In this document: piece after piece, positions 50,385 to 64,000 of the stretch | Layout: each line of letters opens with the position of its first letter | Numbering within the stretch: position 1 is the first letter of the stretch | Assembly: GCF_006345805.1 (NCBI RefSeq) | Contig: NC_043014.1 | Location: forward strand, 48,298,001-48,362,000 | Source of the DNA: Octopus sinensis | Lineage: Eukaryota | Length of the DNA stretch: 64,000 nt | Direction: 5' to 3' | Notes under the pieces: generated by a model | The model's input: only the letters and a program-made list of their open reading frames with translations | What the model was told of the DNA's origin: nothing | The model's database searches: none | Translations under genes and position numbers: made by a program

Positions 50385-51448
50385 TTGTGTGTATAAATGT
50401 GTATACATGTGTGTGCGTGTGTATACGTGTATGTATGTATGACTATATCTGTATGCGTGCATGTATCCACACAAATTATAATAGTAAACAGTTTTTCTTT
50501 TCTTTTTGTACTTTCTGCAAGTTTTTGGTATTTTTTTTTTTGGTTTATCAAATTTTTTTCTTGCTTCTTTTTCCTTCCTTTATTTTATCATTTTATTATT
50601 TTATTATTTCCCCCCTCTCTCTCTCCTCTCATTCACTTCGTCCCTCTCTCGCCATACACTACCTCTCATTCGCAGCTCTTTCTCTCTCTCCTTGTCCCAT
50701 TCTCTCTTTCTAACTGTTATCTCTCATCCCTCTCTCACTCTGCCTAACTCCTCCTTGCCCTCCCTATGCTCTCCCTCCCACTCCAACAGTCTCCAGTTAC
50801 AAATGTCGAGGCTCGACACTATTTTCCCCGACAGATTCTTTTTTGTTTGTTTTTCTTTTGTTTTTATGGCGATTTTGTTTGTTTGTTTGTTGATAGAGTT
50901 TTAGTTTTCTAACGTTACTGACGATGGCGCCGAGGCTGCTGGTGGTGGTGGTGGTGGTGGTGTTGGTAGCAATGGTAGTGATGATGATGATGATGTTGTT
51001 AGTGTTGGTGGTGGTGGTGGGGCTTTGTGGTGATGGTGGTAAAGCTCTTACTGCTGCTGACGGTTGTGTTGGTGTCGAAGGTGGTGGCGGCGGTGATGGT
51101 GATACTGGTGTTAGTGGTGGTGGCGGTGACGGTGGCGGAGGTAGTTTGATAGTGATGATGGTGGTGGTGGCGGCGGTGATGGTGATACTGGTGTTAGTGG
51201 TGGTGGCGGTGACGGTGGCGGAGGCAGTTTGATAGTGATGATGGTGATGGTGATAACGTTGTTGATAGTAGTAGTGACGTCGGGGACGGCGATGATGGCG
51301 CAAAGAAGTCTTAGTTCTTACATTTCTCTTCTTTCGCTCTTTTCTCTCTTTCATCTTTCTCTGTCTCACTTTATATTCTTTCTCCTATCTTTCTCACTTT
51401 ATAATCTCCTATCGCTCCCTTATCTATCTATCTATCTATCTATCTATC

Positions 51449-51527
<79 letters not shown>

Positions 51528-51814
51528 CTTCCAATAACATTCTATCTTTTCCCTCCACTGTAAATATTTTCTCTTGTTTCTTCCCTTTTGTCTTTATTTT
51601 TCTTTCGTTCTCCAATTTCTGTCATTTCTCTCTCTCTCTCTTTATCCCCACCCCCGCACTCATCACTTTCCTCGTTTCTCTTTTCTTTCTTTTTTTCTCA
51701 TAAACGTTCTCTTCTTTTATCTCTTTTCCATTCTCTCTCTCTCTCTCTCACGTATATTACTCTGTCCACACCTATCCCTCTATCTATCTATCTATCTATC
51801 TATCTACCTATCCC

Positions 51815-51846
<32 letters not shown>

Positions 51847-51858
51847 CCTACCTATCCC

Positions 51859-51912
<54 letters not shown>

Positions 51913-51914
51913 CC

Positions 51915-51962
<48 letters not shown>

Positions 51963-52111
51963 CCTACCTATCCCTCTAACTATCTACCTATCTATCATAC
52001 ATGTAGTATGTATGTATATCTATCCTTCTGCTTTCACCCCACATTTTTTATTTAAAAAACTTATAGTTTTCAAATAGCTATCTATCTATCCATTCCTATT
52101 TAACCTATGCA

Positions 52112-52154
<43 letters not shown>

Positions 52155-52640
52155 ATTTATCTATTTATTTCTCTTATCTCTTTCTTCTATTTTTCTCCTT
52201 TATTTCAAAATTATTTTGTCCTTTCGTTGCTGGTTTCTCTTACCATTCACTGTTGAATTCTCTTCTGCATTCCGTTCGCTTCTCTCTCTCTGTCTCTCTT
52301 TCTTTCTTTCTCTCTCTCTCTCTATATATATATATATCTTTCACCAACAAATGTCTCTCCATCTCTTTCCTCCTCTCTCTCACTCTTTCTCTACTTCTTC
52401 CTTTCATCATATATATTTATATATACATATATAATGCATTGTAGAAATGTGTGTATATATGTGTGTGTGTGGTTATACCCATATAGTTTATCTTTATATA
52501 TATATATATTCAGTATGTAAAATTTACATATATGTTTATTATCATTCACACATATGCGTATGTATGTATGTATGTATATATGAATGCGCGCGTGTGTGTC
52601 TGTGTGTGGTGTGTGGTGTGTGCGTATGTGAATAGACAAT
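47590..52640. repeat. Extended microsatellite/low-complexity block: (TA), (GT), (ATCT), (GGT), CT-rich
   Basis: Directly visible. Confidence 0.95.
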
Positions 52641-54507
52641 GCATACATCACCATCCTGCTACCACATTCAGTTCGTCCTTTATTTGTTCTCTCTTTCTTT
52701 CTCTCTTTCTCCTTCAGACCCCAACAGAAATCACCGGCTGAACCAGTCAGGCAGTTTAACCGAGGTGGTGGTGGTGGAGGCGGCGGTGATGGCGATGGTG
52801 GTGGTGGTGGTGGTGGTGGAAGAGGAGAGACCCAATTAGAGTTTCTCTTAACTGGCAAGGCTCAGCTCAGTTCAATATAAGCACAACGTTTAATTCCCAA
52901 CTCCCAAAGGAGAACTTGAGTTGAAAAATAAATAAATAAATAAATAAAATAAATAAATAAAAATATTTCTTCCAGAATACTCTTAAAAAAAGATAAAATA
53001 AATAAATAAAATCAAAGAAAGGAAAAAGGGGGAAAAAAGCCCTCCACCCCACCCGAAAGTAACGTTAATTTTTGCCTTTCTCAAATAACGTAAATAAAAA
53101 AGCAAGAATACTTTCTAAATGAACTATGGTTATTGGTTTAATCAACTGAATAAATGTAAAAATAACCCCACTTCGCTTGCCATGCAAATGAGGTCGTTTT
53201 TGGACGTGTAAAAGAAGATAAAAAAGAAAATATTTCTTCTGAATTTTTTTTTTTTTTTAAGTCCCCCCTCCCATCCTAGTTTAGATAAGATTTTAAAATG
53301 AATCGAAATAAAAAAGATGTTCATGAAATTATTTTCTTTAATGTTTATTAATATTTAGTCTTTTGTCTTTATCGAAAATATATCATATAAATATTTTTGA
53401 TGAAATACACTCACAAGCACACACAAATTTTATGTAGATTAGTATTAGCGTTTAAATGTAGAAGGCAGTGCACCAGCATGGCCGCAGTCCAACAGGGCCT
53501 GGAAACTAAAAAAGAAAAATATTTATTAGCGATGAACGAAGTACTTGTGGGTCCGTTATTGTTTACCTCCCTTTGTTCGAAGACTGACCCAGCCTGTCCC
53601 ACCACTACCATAGTCCGTCATACACGCTTGACCCACCCTAAAAGAAACTTCTCGTTCTACTGTTTCGCTTGGAAATGAAACTAAGTCGGACATTCGGACG
53701 TTAAACGACGATGATATATAAATCAAAGTGTACAGTATTATACATCCATTACGGCCGATCTTATCCGTTGGTTTTGCGACAGAGATTCAACAGTGTTGGG
53801 TTAAAGTCTGATTTTGAAACCCTGCACTCATCAAAGGTAGCTGTTATGGAAACAACAACAACAATATATATATATATAATTATTATTTGAGGGAATAAAA
53901 TCCAAACGTTATTCTACCTATCATATACGTTTTTATTATCATTTTTTTGCAATTTACTTAATCATTGACATTTTATTGGTATTTTAATTTTAATATTTCT
54001 ATTTTATGTAATTTTCTAGATGGTGTAATTTAATTGTTCATTTTGAATTGATAAAAGGTGGGTTTTTTTCTAATACTTATATATATATATATACACACAC
54101 ACACATATACATATATATGTGTGTGTGTAAGGCTATGCCTTTTGGGGGTCTTCTGGATTCTAAAACACCTTATATTATTGTTATTATTATACATATGTAC
54201 ATATATACAAATATTATCTGAATTATATAGTATTAAGTATCTGTCACAGATGGTCTTACCTATCAGTTTTGTACAATAAATACAATTGAGGGTCAGGCAA
54301 TTATATAAATATACTCATCAGAAGAATATATATATATATATATTGATGGTCAGTGGATCATATATCTGAAAAAGGAGCATGCTCTAAAAGTTAGATGTCT
54401 GTTGGAGTCTGATAAGTTGTCTGCAAAGCTAAGCACGTTATGGATGTGAAAGCATTGGTCACTCTATGACTGGCCATATAATTAACTTCCTATAAATATA
54501 TATATAT

Positions 54508-55492
<985 letters not shown>

Positions 55493-55831
55493 TAGATAGA
55501 TAGATAGATAGATACAACAGGCTTCTTTCAGTTTCCAGCCACCAAATCCACTCACAAGATTTTGGTCAACCCAAAGCAATAGTAGAAGGCACTAGTTTCC
55601 AATAAAATGTGACTCCGACTGTGGCAAGTCATCCAACTTGTGCTAGAATAGAAAGAGAACATAAAATGATGTTACTGATGTGTGTGTGTGTGCATGTTTC
55701 CCCTGATCTACTGACCATATTCTTATGTCTTATGCTTACCTTCTTGTAGCTTGAAAATTTGCTCTGGCACCCAATCAATTCAATCTTTATTTTCTCTATT
55801 TTCTTTATTTACTCACTATGATATAATATAA

Positions 55832-56260
55832 ATCTCTCGTGGAAGCGTCATCCAACTAAAATGCTAATATATGGGAAACTACCACCTGTGTCATCTCTTG
55901 TGAAAGGTAGGAGAGTCCAGTTTGCTGGACATTGTTGTAGAGCTGAAAACGATGCAATTTCTACTCTTCTCCTCTGGAAGCCATCTACTCGCAGTACCAG
56001 AGGGCGCACACTCCAGGGATACAGGCATCCAGCAACAGGACCTCCGTAATGCTATGAGGGACCGTGAAGTCTGGCGTAGCATGGTAAATTCCATTGTCTC
56101 GACCACGGTCGAACAATGATGATGATGATAATCCTTTCCACTATCATCATCACTGTTCGACTGTGGTCGAGACAATGGAATTTACCATGTTTTACTCCAG
56201 ACTTCACGGTCCATCATAGCATTACGGAAGTCCGGTTGCTGGATGCCTGTATCCCTGGAA
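55832..56260 (+). mobile_element. RTE-type LINE 3' end followed by an inverted copy of its last ~115 bp
   Basis: IYGKLPPVSSLVKGRRVQFAGHCCRAE...LLLWKP and (TGA)n tail; inverted at 56143-56258; short copy also at 21705-21815. Confidence 0.8.
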
Positions 56261-57889
56261 ATACAGGCATCCACTATAGGCACAAGGCCTGAATTGCTAT
56301 GGCGTGGGGAGGGCTAGTTGATCACATTGACCCCAATACTTGACTAGTACTTATTTCGTTGACCCTGAAATGAGGAAAGTCAAAGACAAGGTTTGAACTC
56401 AGAATGTAAATGTAGATGAGATACTGCTAAGCCTTTTGTTTAGCACATAAAATGATTCTGCCAGCTTGCCACCTTAACTCCAAACACACCAAATACAACT
56501 GTCCTCAGACAAGGACATTGGATTAATATGGGTTAAGCCATACATCCCGATGCTGTTTGCTGGTGGTGGAGTATGAAAAGGGCAGGTGAGGAAAGAAGAA
56601 AGCCAGGGATTAGTGAGAAAGAGAAAGAGAGAGAGAGAGAGATTATATGTGTGTTGGTATGGATTGTTTTGGATGATCTGGTGGTATCACCCTTATTATA
56701 TGGGTGTATGCAGTTGGAAGGTTTGGGAGGAAGAGGGCATAAGGAGAGAAAGTGATGTGGTTGATTAGGATCCAGAGAAGCTGTGGGACGAGGTGAGGGC
56801 AGAGAGGGAGAAATGAGACAATGTTGAGGTGGTAGAGAAGATATGGGGCCAGTGGTGGTGGTGATGGGGGGGGGGCAGGACAGTGAGAGAAAGTGAAGCA
56901 GAGGTGGGTGGAGCACAGTGGATATATTAAATGGTCTTTGGGTTGATAATGGTCTGCAATCTGGTTGTTGGAGGCTCCTGGTCTAAATGAGATTTTTCTT
57001 TTATTGTTTTATTTGTTTGTGTCATTAGACTGGAGAACCACCTTGAGGAATTTCAATCCACCGAATCAATCTTGTTTTAAAGTAATTATTTTGAAGTTCA
57101 GCACTTATTATATCGGTCTCCTTTGGTGAACTGCTAAGTTGTGGAGATGTAAACAAACCAACACTGGTTGTCAATTGGTGGTGGAGGACAAACACTGACA
57201 CAAACATGTATACATCATCATCATTGTTTAACGTCTGCTTTCCATGCTGGCATGGGTTGCCTGAGGACTGGTGAGCCAGAGGTTGCACCAGGCTCAATCT
57301 GATCATACATATATATATATAATATACACAATAGGCTTCTTTCAGTTTCTTTCTATCAAATCCTCTCACAAGACTTTGGTTAGCCTGAGGCTATAGTAGA
57401 AGGCACCTGCCCAGGTGGTTGGGAAGCAAACTTCTTATCACACAGCCATGCCTGCACCTGTGATGCTGGTATCAAGTTTACAAATCACACAATATCAGGC
57501 CCTTGCGCTATTATATGGTTCCCTTACAAAACGAAAGCTCATATCAAAGAACATGGTGACATAAGATTTTTTTTCACCTGTATTGGCTCCGCTTTATTCA
57601 ACATTATCAGGAAGAGAAAAAAATGCATATTGTAAGATTTAAATATTTCCTGGACAAATTCTGCCAAGAAGTCCCAGACAAACCATTCACATCCTGTTAC
57701 ATTTTGGTCAACAATTTCCTACTGCAGTGGGACAGGGTTTCCTAAAAACATGATATAGAAGACTTCACCATACATATACAAACACACACACATATATATA
57801 TTCATATATATACAACTATACACACACACACACACAAAATGTTATATATATACATTTTTATATATATAAATACATATATATATACATAC

Positions 57890-57922
<33 letters not shown>

Positions 57923-58135
57923 CATATATATAATACATATATATATAAATATACATACGAGTATATATATATATATATATATATATACATACGTGTATAT
58001 ATATATACATACACACATATATATAATATATATATATGTAGATATATACATATATATGTAAATATGTATATATATATATATAATATATATATACATATAT
58101 ATATATTATACACGAATATATATATATATATATAG

Positions 58136-58166
<31 letters not shown>

Positions 58167-58524
58167 ATATATTTATACATGAATATATATACAGACCCCC
58201 AGTTGAACCGTCCAACCCATGCTAGCATGGAAAGCGGACGCTAAATGATGATGATGATGATATACATATATATTTATATATATATATATATATATACATA
58301 TATTTATATATACAAATACATATATTTATACATACATATATATATATATATATACACATATATATACATACATTATATATATATACATATACACATATAT
58401 ACACATACATATATGTACACATACATACATATATATACACATACATACATATATATATACATACATATATATATACATATATATATATACATACGTACAT
58501 ATACACATACACACACAGACATAT

Positions 58525-58590
<66 letters not shown>

Positions 58591-58639
58591 CATATATTTG
58601 TGTGTGTGTGTGTGTATAAAATGTATATATGAGAATGAA

Positions 58640-59283
58640 AACGGGTAATACCAGCTGTTGGCAATGCGCGCCGCTCCCTTAAACAGATGTTTACTTAACG
58701 AAAGAAGAAATAAAGATGAGCAGCCAGCTTCTCCCTCCCCGACTGCCGCCAAGTCCTTCTTCTTCTGGCCACGCTGCCCCCATCACCATCGCCATCGCCA
58801 TCATCGTCGTCTTCAACATCCTTTTTTTCACGATGACAACTCACGCTGCCATTGAATTCGCCTCGATCCCGGACCTGCGAACCGTTTCGCGTTCGTGAGC
58901 TCTGCTGCTTGCGTATAGATAATGCTCGTTTCCCGGCCTCTCGCGCTCGCTCTCTCTCTCTCTCTCTCGCTCGCTCTCGCACTGCATGATGGGAAGCGGC
59001 AGCGCGTCCAGATGTTCCAACATGGCGAAGGCTAGATTTAGACGTGTTGTTGTTGTTGTTACCTCTACGTAAAGGAGACGACACTCCGTTTTTTTTACTT
59101 CTCCGCCAAACTTTACAGCCTCACTGTCCCTTTACCTACACACTCACGTATATATTTATATATGTGCGTGTGTTCTAGCTTGTTAATTCACCCCCGCCAA
59201 AACAACAGGATGACTTATAATAAGCCTTGAAATATCTTCTACACCAAATCCTGCCAGAATGTGTTTAGGCGGCCTTTGAATGA

Positions 59284-59315
<32 letters not shown>

Positions 59316-59520
59316 AGAGAGCTTCAGCTTAAAAGCTTCTTAAAGCAAGGCGGCCGCCCCACCACCCGATACACGACGAATACGAAGACGAATACGAAGA
59401 AGAAGAGGAGTGAGTCGGCCAGCCAGTGAGAGCAGTGTCGGACAACAAAAGAGTCAGCCAGGAGGACTTGCATGAGGAGGAGCATTCATGGTAAATGGTC
59501 GTTGTTTTAAGGCAGAGGCA
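58640..59520 (+). promoter_or_regulatory. CpG-rich promoter/5' region of the plexus-like gene
   Basis: Many retained CpGs, YY1-like AACATGGCG at 59018-59026, CT tract, GC-box-like GGCCGCCCC, possible donor CATG|GTAAAT at 59490. Confidence 0.55.
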
Positions 59521-60119
59521 ATGCCTGTTCTACTGGACTGGGACAAAGTCCTGTTATTATTATTATTACTACCATCACCACCATCATCATCATCATCTTC
59601 ATCATCCGACGTTCACCCCATCAACCATAATGTGAACAAAAAGAAAATATCAATAATTTAAAGAAGACACACATATATATATATATATACACTGCTGAAG
59701 AATTACAAATTTTTTTCAAAGTTCGGGCTTTTTCTTTGTGGCTGTCTTTCTTCCTTCCTTCATCCATTTTTGTTTTCCTCTCTTCTTTCTCTCTGCTTTC
59801 TCTTTGTTGTCATCCTTTTTTTTTTGCTTCTTCTCTCTTCTCTCTCTCTCTCCCTGTTTTTCATATTGAATTCAATCACAGCCCACGTATCTTACTACAT
59901 CCGACATCAACTCAGCACCCTTTAAATATTGTTTTGTGCTCAGCTTCTACAAAAAAAAAAAAAACACTTCTGTTCATACACACCCCACACATACATATAC
60001 AACACATAAATATATGTATATATAATATACACACATACAAACAAATATATATATATATATCTTATGATAAATATATATATATATATATTGTACACACATA
60101 TATAACATAACACAACACA

Positions 60120-62408
60120 ATGGGTAGCAGAACTGTTTGTTTTGTGTGTGGTAACCTCGGAGCTGATTCGGGTCGTATACTGTATACGAAACCGCGCTTG
60201 GACAAGGGACCCTATTTCCCGTTTCTGGAGGACCACGAACCTCCCAAAGGAGCTCGACTGCTCGGTGCTGATGGCACAGTGGACAGCTGCAGAGTGTGCC
60301 ACGCCTTCCTCACTCAGCAATGGGATACCTACGAACGTAATAAGACACCGAGCGTCAAGAGATTGTACTGGCTAAAACGTTCGGACAATGGCCAGTTCAC
60401 TGGAGCGGAAATGCGACTACAAGGTGAGTACATCGCCCAAGTTATGGGCCTACAATACAACCCAGGTTCTGTAGATTCTGGTTTTAATTCGTCCAGTCCC
60501 AATGTGACTAAATCCCGTTTGATTTCTTTAGCCGACCCTTACGCTGCCCTCGACACCCGAGGGGCCGCCGCTGATGTTGCTCTTGATTTATCGGTTCATA
60601 AAAACAATGGCCATAGTTCTTCTAGTAGTCGTGACTATCGTTCCAACAATACGGACGAAGTGACCAGTTTTGACCCGCATGCCAAAAGCAATAGTAGCAA
60701 CGCCACCACCACCGTCACTGATAAATGTCGTTCATCCTCCTCTTCCTCCTCATCATCATCAGCCAAATATGTTTGCTTCACGTGCGGCGCCCTCCAACCG
60801 TGGATAACACGTCGGTTCATTTTCGCCTTCAGACAACCTTCGGGTGACCCGTATTTTCCCTTTTTGACCCGGTTCAGTACCCGAGCGGGCGCAGCACCCC
60901 TTTCCGACAAAGGCATCGCCGCCGTCTGCAACATATGCAGACGGACCCTTTATCAACAATGGAAAGACCAAGAGATGGCCAACATCAGCATCGAAAACAG
61001 AACTTATAGAATCAACAAGGAGAAATATCCCGACACGAAAGACAATATCTGTATCAGTAGTAGTAGTATTAATGCAGGTGGTAGTAGTAGTAGTAGCAAT
61101 AGTAGTCATGTTAGTGAAAAAACTTTGTCAGGCAGCAACACCACCACCACAACTACTAGCAGTACAGCCAACAAAGAGATATGTTATCTGTGTGGTCAAT
61201 TTATGTCACATTCTTCATCCCGCCTCCTGCATACGCTGACCAAAGACAGTAGGTCAAATATGATGCATTTCCCATTCATTAGAGACCTGCCCCGGCCAGA
61301 AGGAGCACATCCTCTAAATCCCGACGGCACAGTTATAGCTTGTCGTGTATGTGTTGACCACCTTGCTGCCCAGTGGCACATGTACGAGAGTCAGGGTGTC
61401 AAACTCTCCCAGAGACAGTTCACGCTTCCAATAAACCTCAACAGAGCTACTTATACATATCAGTCCAGTGATTCTTCCAGTTTCCCCACGTCTGAAGGGG
61501 ACGTGAGTCAGCCGTTAAACATTCAAATCACCAGTGGTAGTCCTGTTCCCACAGTGCCGACGGGCTCTCAGGGACTTCTTGCCATAGCCACTCCAATAAC
61601 TTCTTCGTCCACTGCCCACAATAACGGCGAGGTTAGCAACCGTTCCAATGTTTCATCGGTGTACAGTAACCAGTTTCCGTCCTCCTCCTCTTCTACAATT
61701 GATGCCAGAAGAGTTCCTGTTGACATGAAACCGAATTTAGCTGCCCTTGACAACAGCCTTAATATCAACAACAACAGTAGTAGTAGCAACACTATTACAG
61801 CCGCAACAATACCGCATCCTTTGCAATGTGTTAGTAGTTTGCCGAAAAAAGTCTGTTTTCTGTGTGGAGAAAGCTGTCTTGTTGCCAACATGCATGTCTT
61901 GTGTTCTTATCCCGCCAGACACGATGCTAAAGTTCCAAATGGACAGACCAACCCATTTTTCCCATTCTTAGCCAATCGTGACCCTGCTCAAGGTGCTGAG
62001 ACCATGAGTGATGAAGGAACAGTGATGTCCTGTCAATATTGTTACCATATGCTACTAAAACAGTGGAAAGATTATGAAAACTGTAAAACCCCAGGGACCA
62101 GTAACCGATGGTTAAGAAAATATGTTCTCAAGAATTTCACTTGTTACGTTTGCAGTAGAACGGCTGAGCGGAAAAAGATCTGTACTTTACAAGTTCCCAA
62201 GTTTCCTTTCCTCAAAGATCACAAAGTACCCCAGGGTGCATTGGTGATGGATAGCGGAGAGAGTGTTGTTGTCTGCAAAGGATGCTCTCGTAGTTTGCAC
62301 CGACAATTCACTGAATTTGAGCGAATGGGTCTTCGTCTAGAACTACGGAAATACAACTGGATTCAGCCACCTGGTGGCGATGACTCTATGGATGAACAAC
62401 ATAGTCAG
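60120..62408 (+). CDS. px-like: First coding exon (763 codons) of a plexus/GSE1-like nuclear protein with five C4 cysteine repeats; continues beyond the window
   Basis: Strong start context ACAATGG; N-terminus CFVCG...GPYFPFLE.H.PPKGAR...DSCRVC..FLTQQW.YER...KRLYWLKR.DNG.FTGAEMRLQGEY resembles, from memory, invertebrate Plexus-family proteins; donor CAG|GTAAGA at 62408/62409. Confidence 0.8.
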
Positions 62409-63297
62409 GTAAGAAAACTTTTTAACATGTTTTTTTTTCTCTGTAGAAGAAAACTTTTGTCTTTGTTTTTTTGGTGTTTTCAGTTTTTCAGCATCACTAT
62501 AAGTCACTTTGGAGGATCATATTTTCCTAAATGACACATTTTTATCAAGTACACTGTATAAAGAATATTGAGTACTACTTCTGTTGTGCTGGCACCACTG
62601 ATGGCTAATTGAGACCAGGATGGACAATTGACCTGTTAATTCCAAGCAGAGTCTACAAGTACCAAATTGGATTTGAACGCAAGTGTCAAATATGAGTGAT
62701 TGATGGTCAATCTCTATGGAACCATTGTTAATATAAACTTTAAAATGTATTTGAAATGTTTTTTTTGAAGGTAGAATTATTGCCCAGCTTGTTTTCTACT
62801 ATCAAAACTAGTTGATGCCATTTATACTTTGACTGATCTCAAACTTCGACACCAGAAAAACTAAACACGCATCTCGTTTACATTAGCAAAACATTTTTTG
62901 TTCTTTCATGAATGAAAAACAACAATGAATGTAGACTGGCTTCATTCATAGGTTTAACATGAGACATCATGGGATTCTATGTTGAATGTTTGATATGTAT
63001 CGGGGAAGGCGGGATTGGAAAGTGGGGGTCATACAAATTGCCATGTTTAGCGAAAGTAGATGGTTTTAAACTTGTCCGACACCATGGTGAAGAAAAAAAT
63101 CATATGGGATGTGATCTGTATTTTCTATTCTTGTTTAATTAAGGGGGTAGGGCAAAAATGTTACTAATACTGTGGGACGAGGAAACTATCAGTTTCAAAA
63201 TAACTGTTATAGGTGATGTTTTTTAAAAGGGAATCCCTCTCATTCTTGTCACACAATTTCATTTCCTCTCCTTTATAAATCTGAGACATTGTGCTAA

Positions 63298-63860
63298 TAA
63301 TAATAATAATATTTCTGATTTAGACACAAAGCCTGCAATTTTTAGAGAGACAAGATTAGTTGGTACTATCATCCTCAGTACATGACTAGTACTTTGTTAT
63401 ATTGATCTCAGAGGGATGAAAAGCAAAGTTGATCTCATTACAAAAAGTGTTGGAAAAACTACTGCAAAGCAATTTTTTCTGATGCTCAACCAGTTCTAAT
63501 AATAATAATAGTAATAATAACAATAAATATTTCTAATTTTGGCATATTGCCTTTAATTTTAAGGGAGACGGTTAGTTGATGACAGTGATTCCAGTACTTG
63601 ACTGGTACTTGTTTTATCAGCCCTCGAAAGGATGAAAAGCAAAGTCAACCTCAGTGGAATTTGAACTCAGAATGTAATGTATTAGAAGAAATACTGCAAA
63701 GCATTTTCCCAATGTTCTGACATTTCTGCCAACTCAGCACTAAGTAATAATAATAATAATGATGATGATTTTGGATTGAAATCCTCCAAGTCAGCTTTGC
63801 TTTTCATAACTGTAAAGTTGATGAAATAAGTACCGGTAATGTTACAGGGATTATTTAGTA
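63298..63860. mobile_element. Decayed family-E SINE cluster in the px-like intron
   Basis: GGATGAAAAGCAAAGT...GGAATTTGAACTCAG cores with (AAT)n tails; partial inverted copy at 63790-63860. Confidence 0.7.
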
Positions 63861-64000
63861 GGTACTCACCCATATTGTTCTGTAATGTCCTCTCTTCCAT
63901 TGCCCTTGTTGTAAGAAGAGATTACCCCATCCCCCTTTTATTTTTTAGGATTCCTGTTCATGAAATGTTCTCATGTTTTATGTATGAATCTGTATCATTC

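Noticed and set aside
46044-52860. Many CV/YI/SIYL-rich ORFs
   Set aside because: Simple-repeat artefacts
58695-59084. 129-aa minus-strand ORF at the CpG-rich region
   Set aside because: Low complexity (GA repeat, GAT runs), non-ATG start, no recognisable domain
62409-62534. C-terminal 41 aa of the 804-aa ORF
   Set aside because: T-rich intron read-through after the strong donor CAG|GTAAGA

Overview
Eukaryotic, AT-rich, very repeat-dense genomic DNA. The SINE/RTE repertoire and long (TA)/(CA)/(ATCT)/(AAT) microsatellites point to an octopus-like cephalopod (inference). Three protein-coding genes are supported. (1) The last exon of a TRAF3-like gene (coiled-coil end plus MATH/TRAF-C domain, + strand, 493-1058). 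(2) A complete six-exon MRPL46 on the - strand (21253->8713); I rebuilt it by hand from GT/AG sites with consistent phases, giving 837 nt and 278 aa. (3) The 2.3-kb first coding exon of a plexus/GSE1-like nuclear protein (+, 60120-62408) with five C4 cysteine repeats. The rest is nested mobile DNA: tRNA-derived SINEs, RTE LINE fragments, a decayed CR1-like LINE, non-autonomous Helitrons, GG-ended 8-bp-TSD MITEs, piggyBac MITEs, a mariner fold-back and Penelope-like pieces. Most ORFs in the supplied track are microsatellite or repeat artefacts. The most interesting signals are a tandem, covarying pseudoknot-like module in RTE 3' UTRs, several decayed hammerhead-like motifs, long inverted-SINE hairpins in MRPL46 introns (candidate ADAR substrates), and the C4 repeat plus ALDLS motif in the plexus-like protein. 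I cannot claim a demonstrably new biological system from sequence alone.
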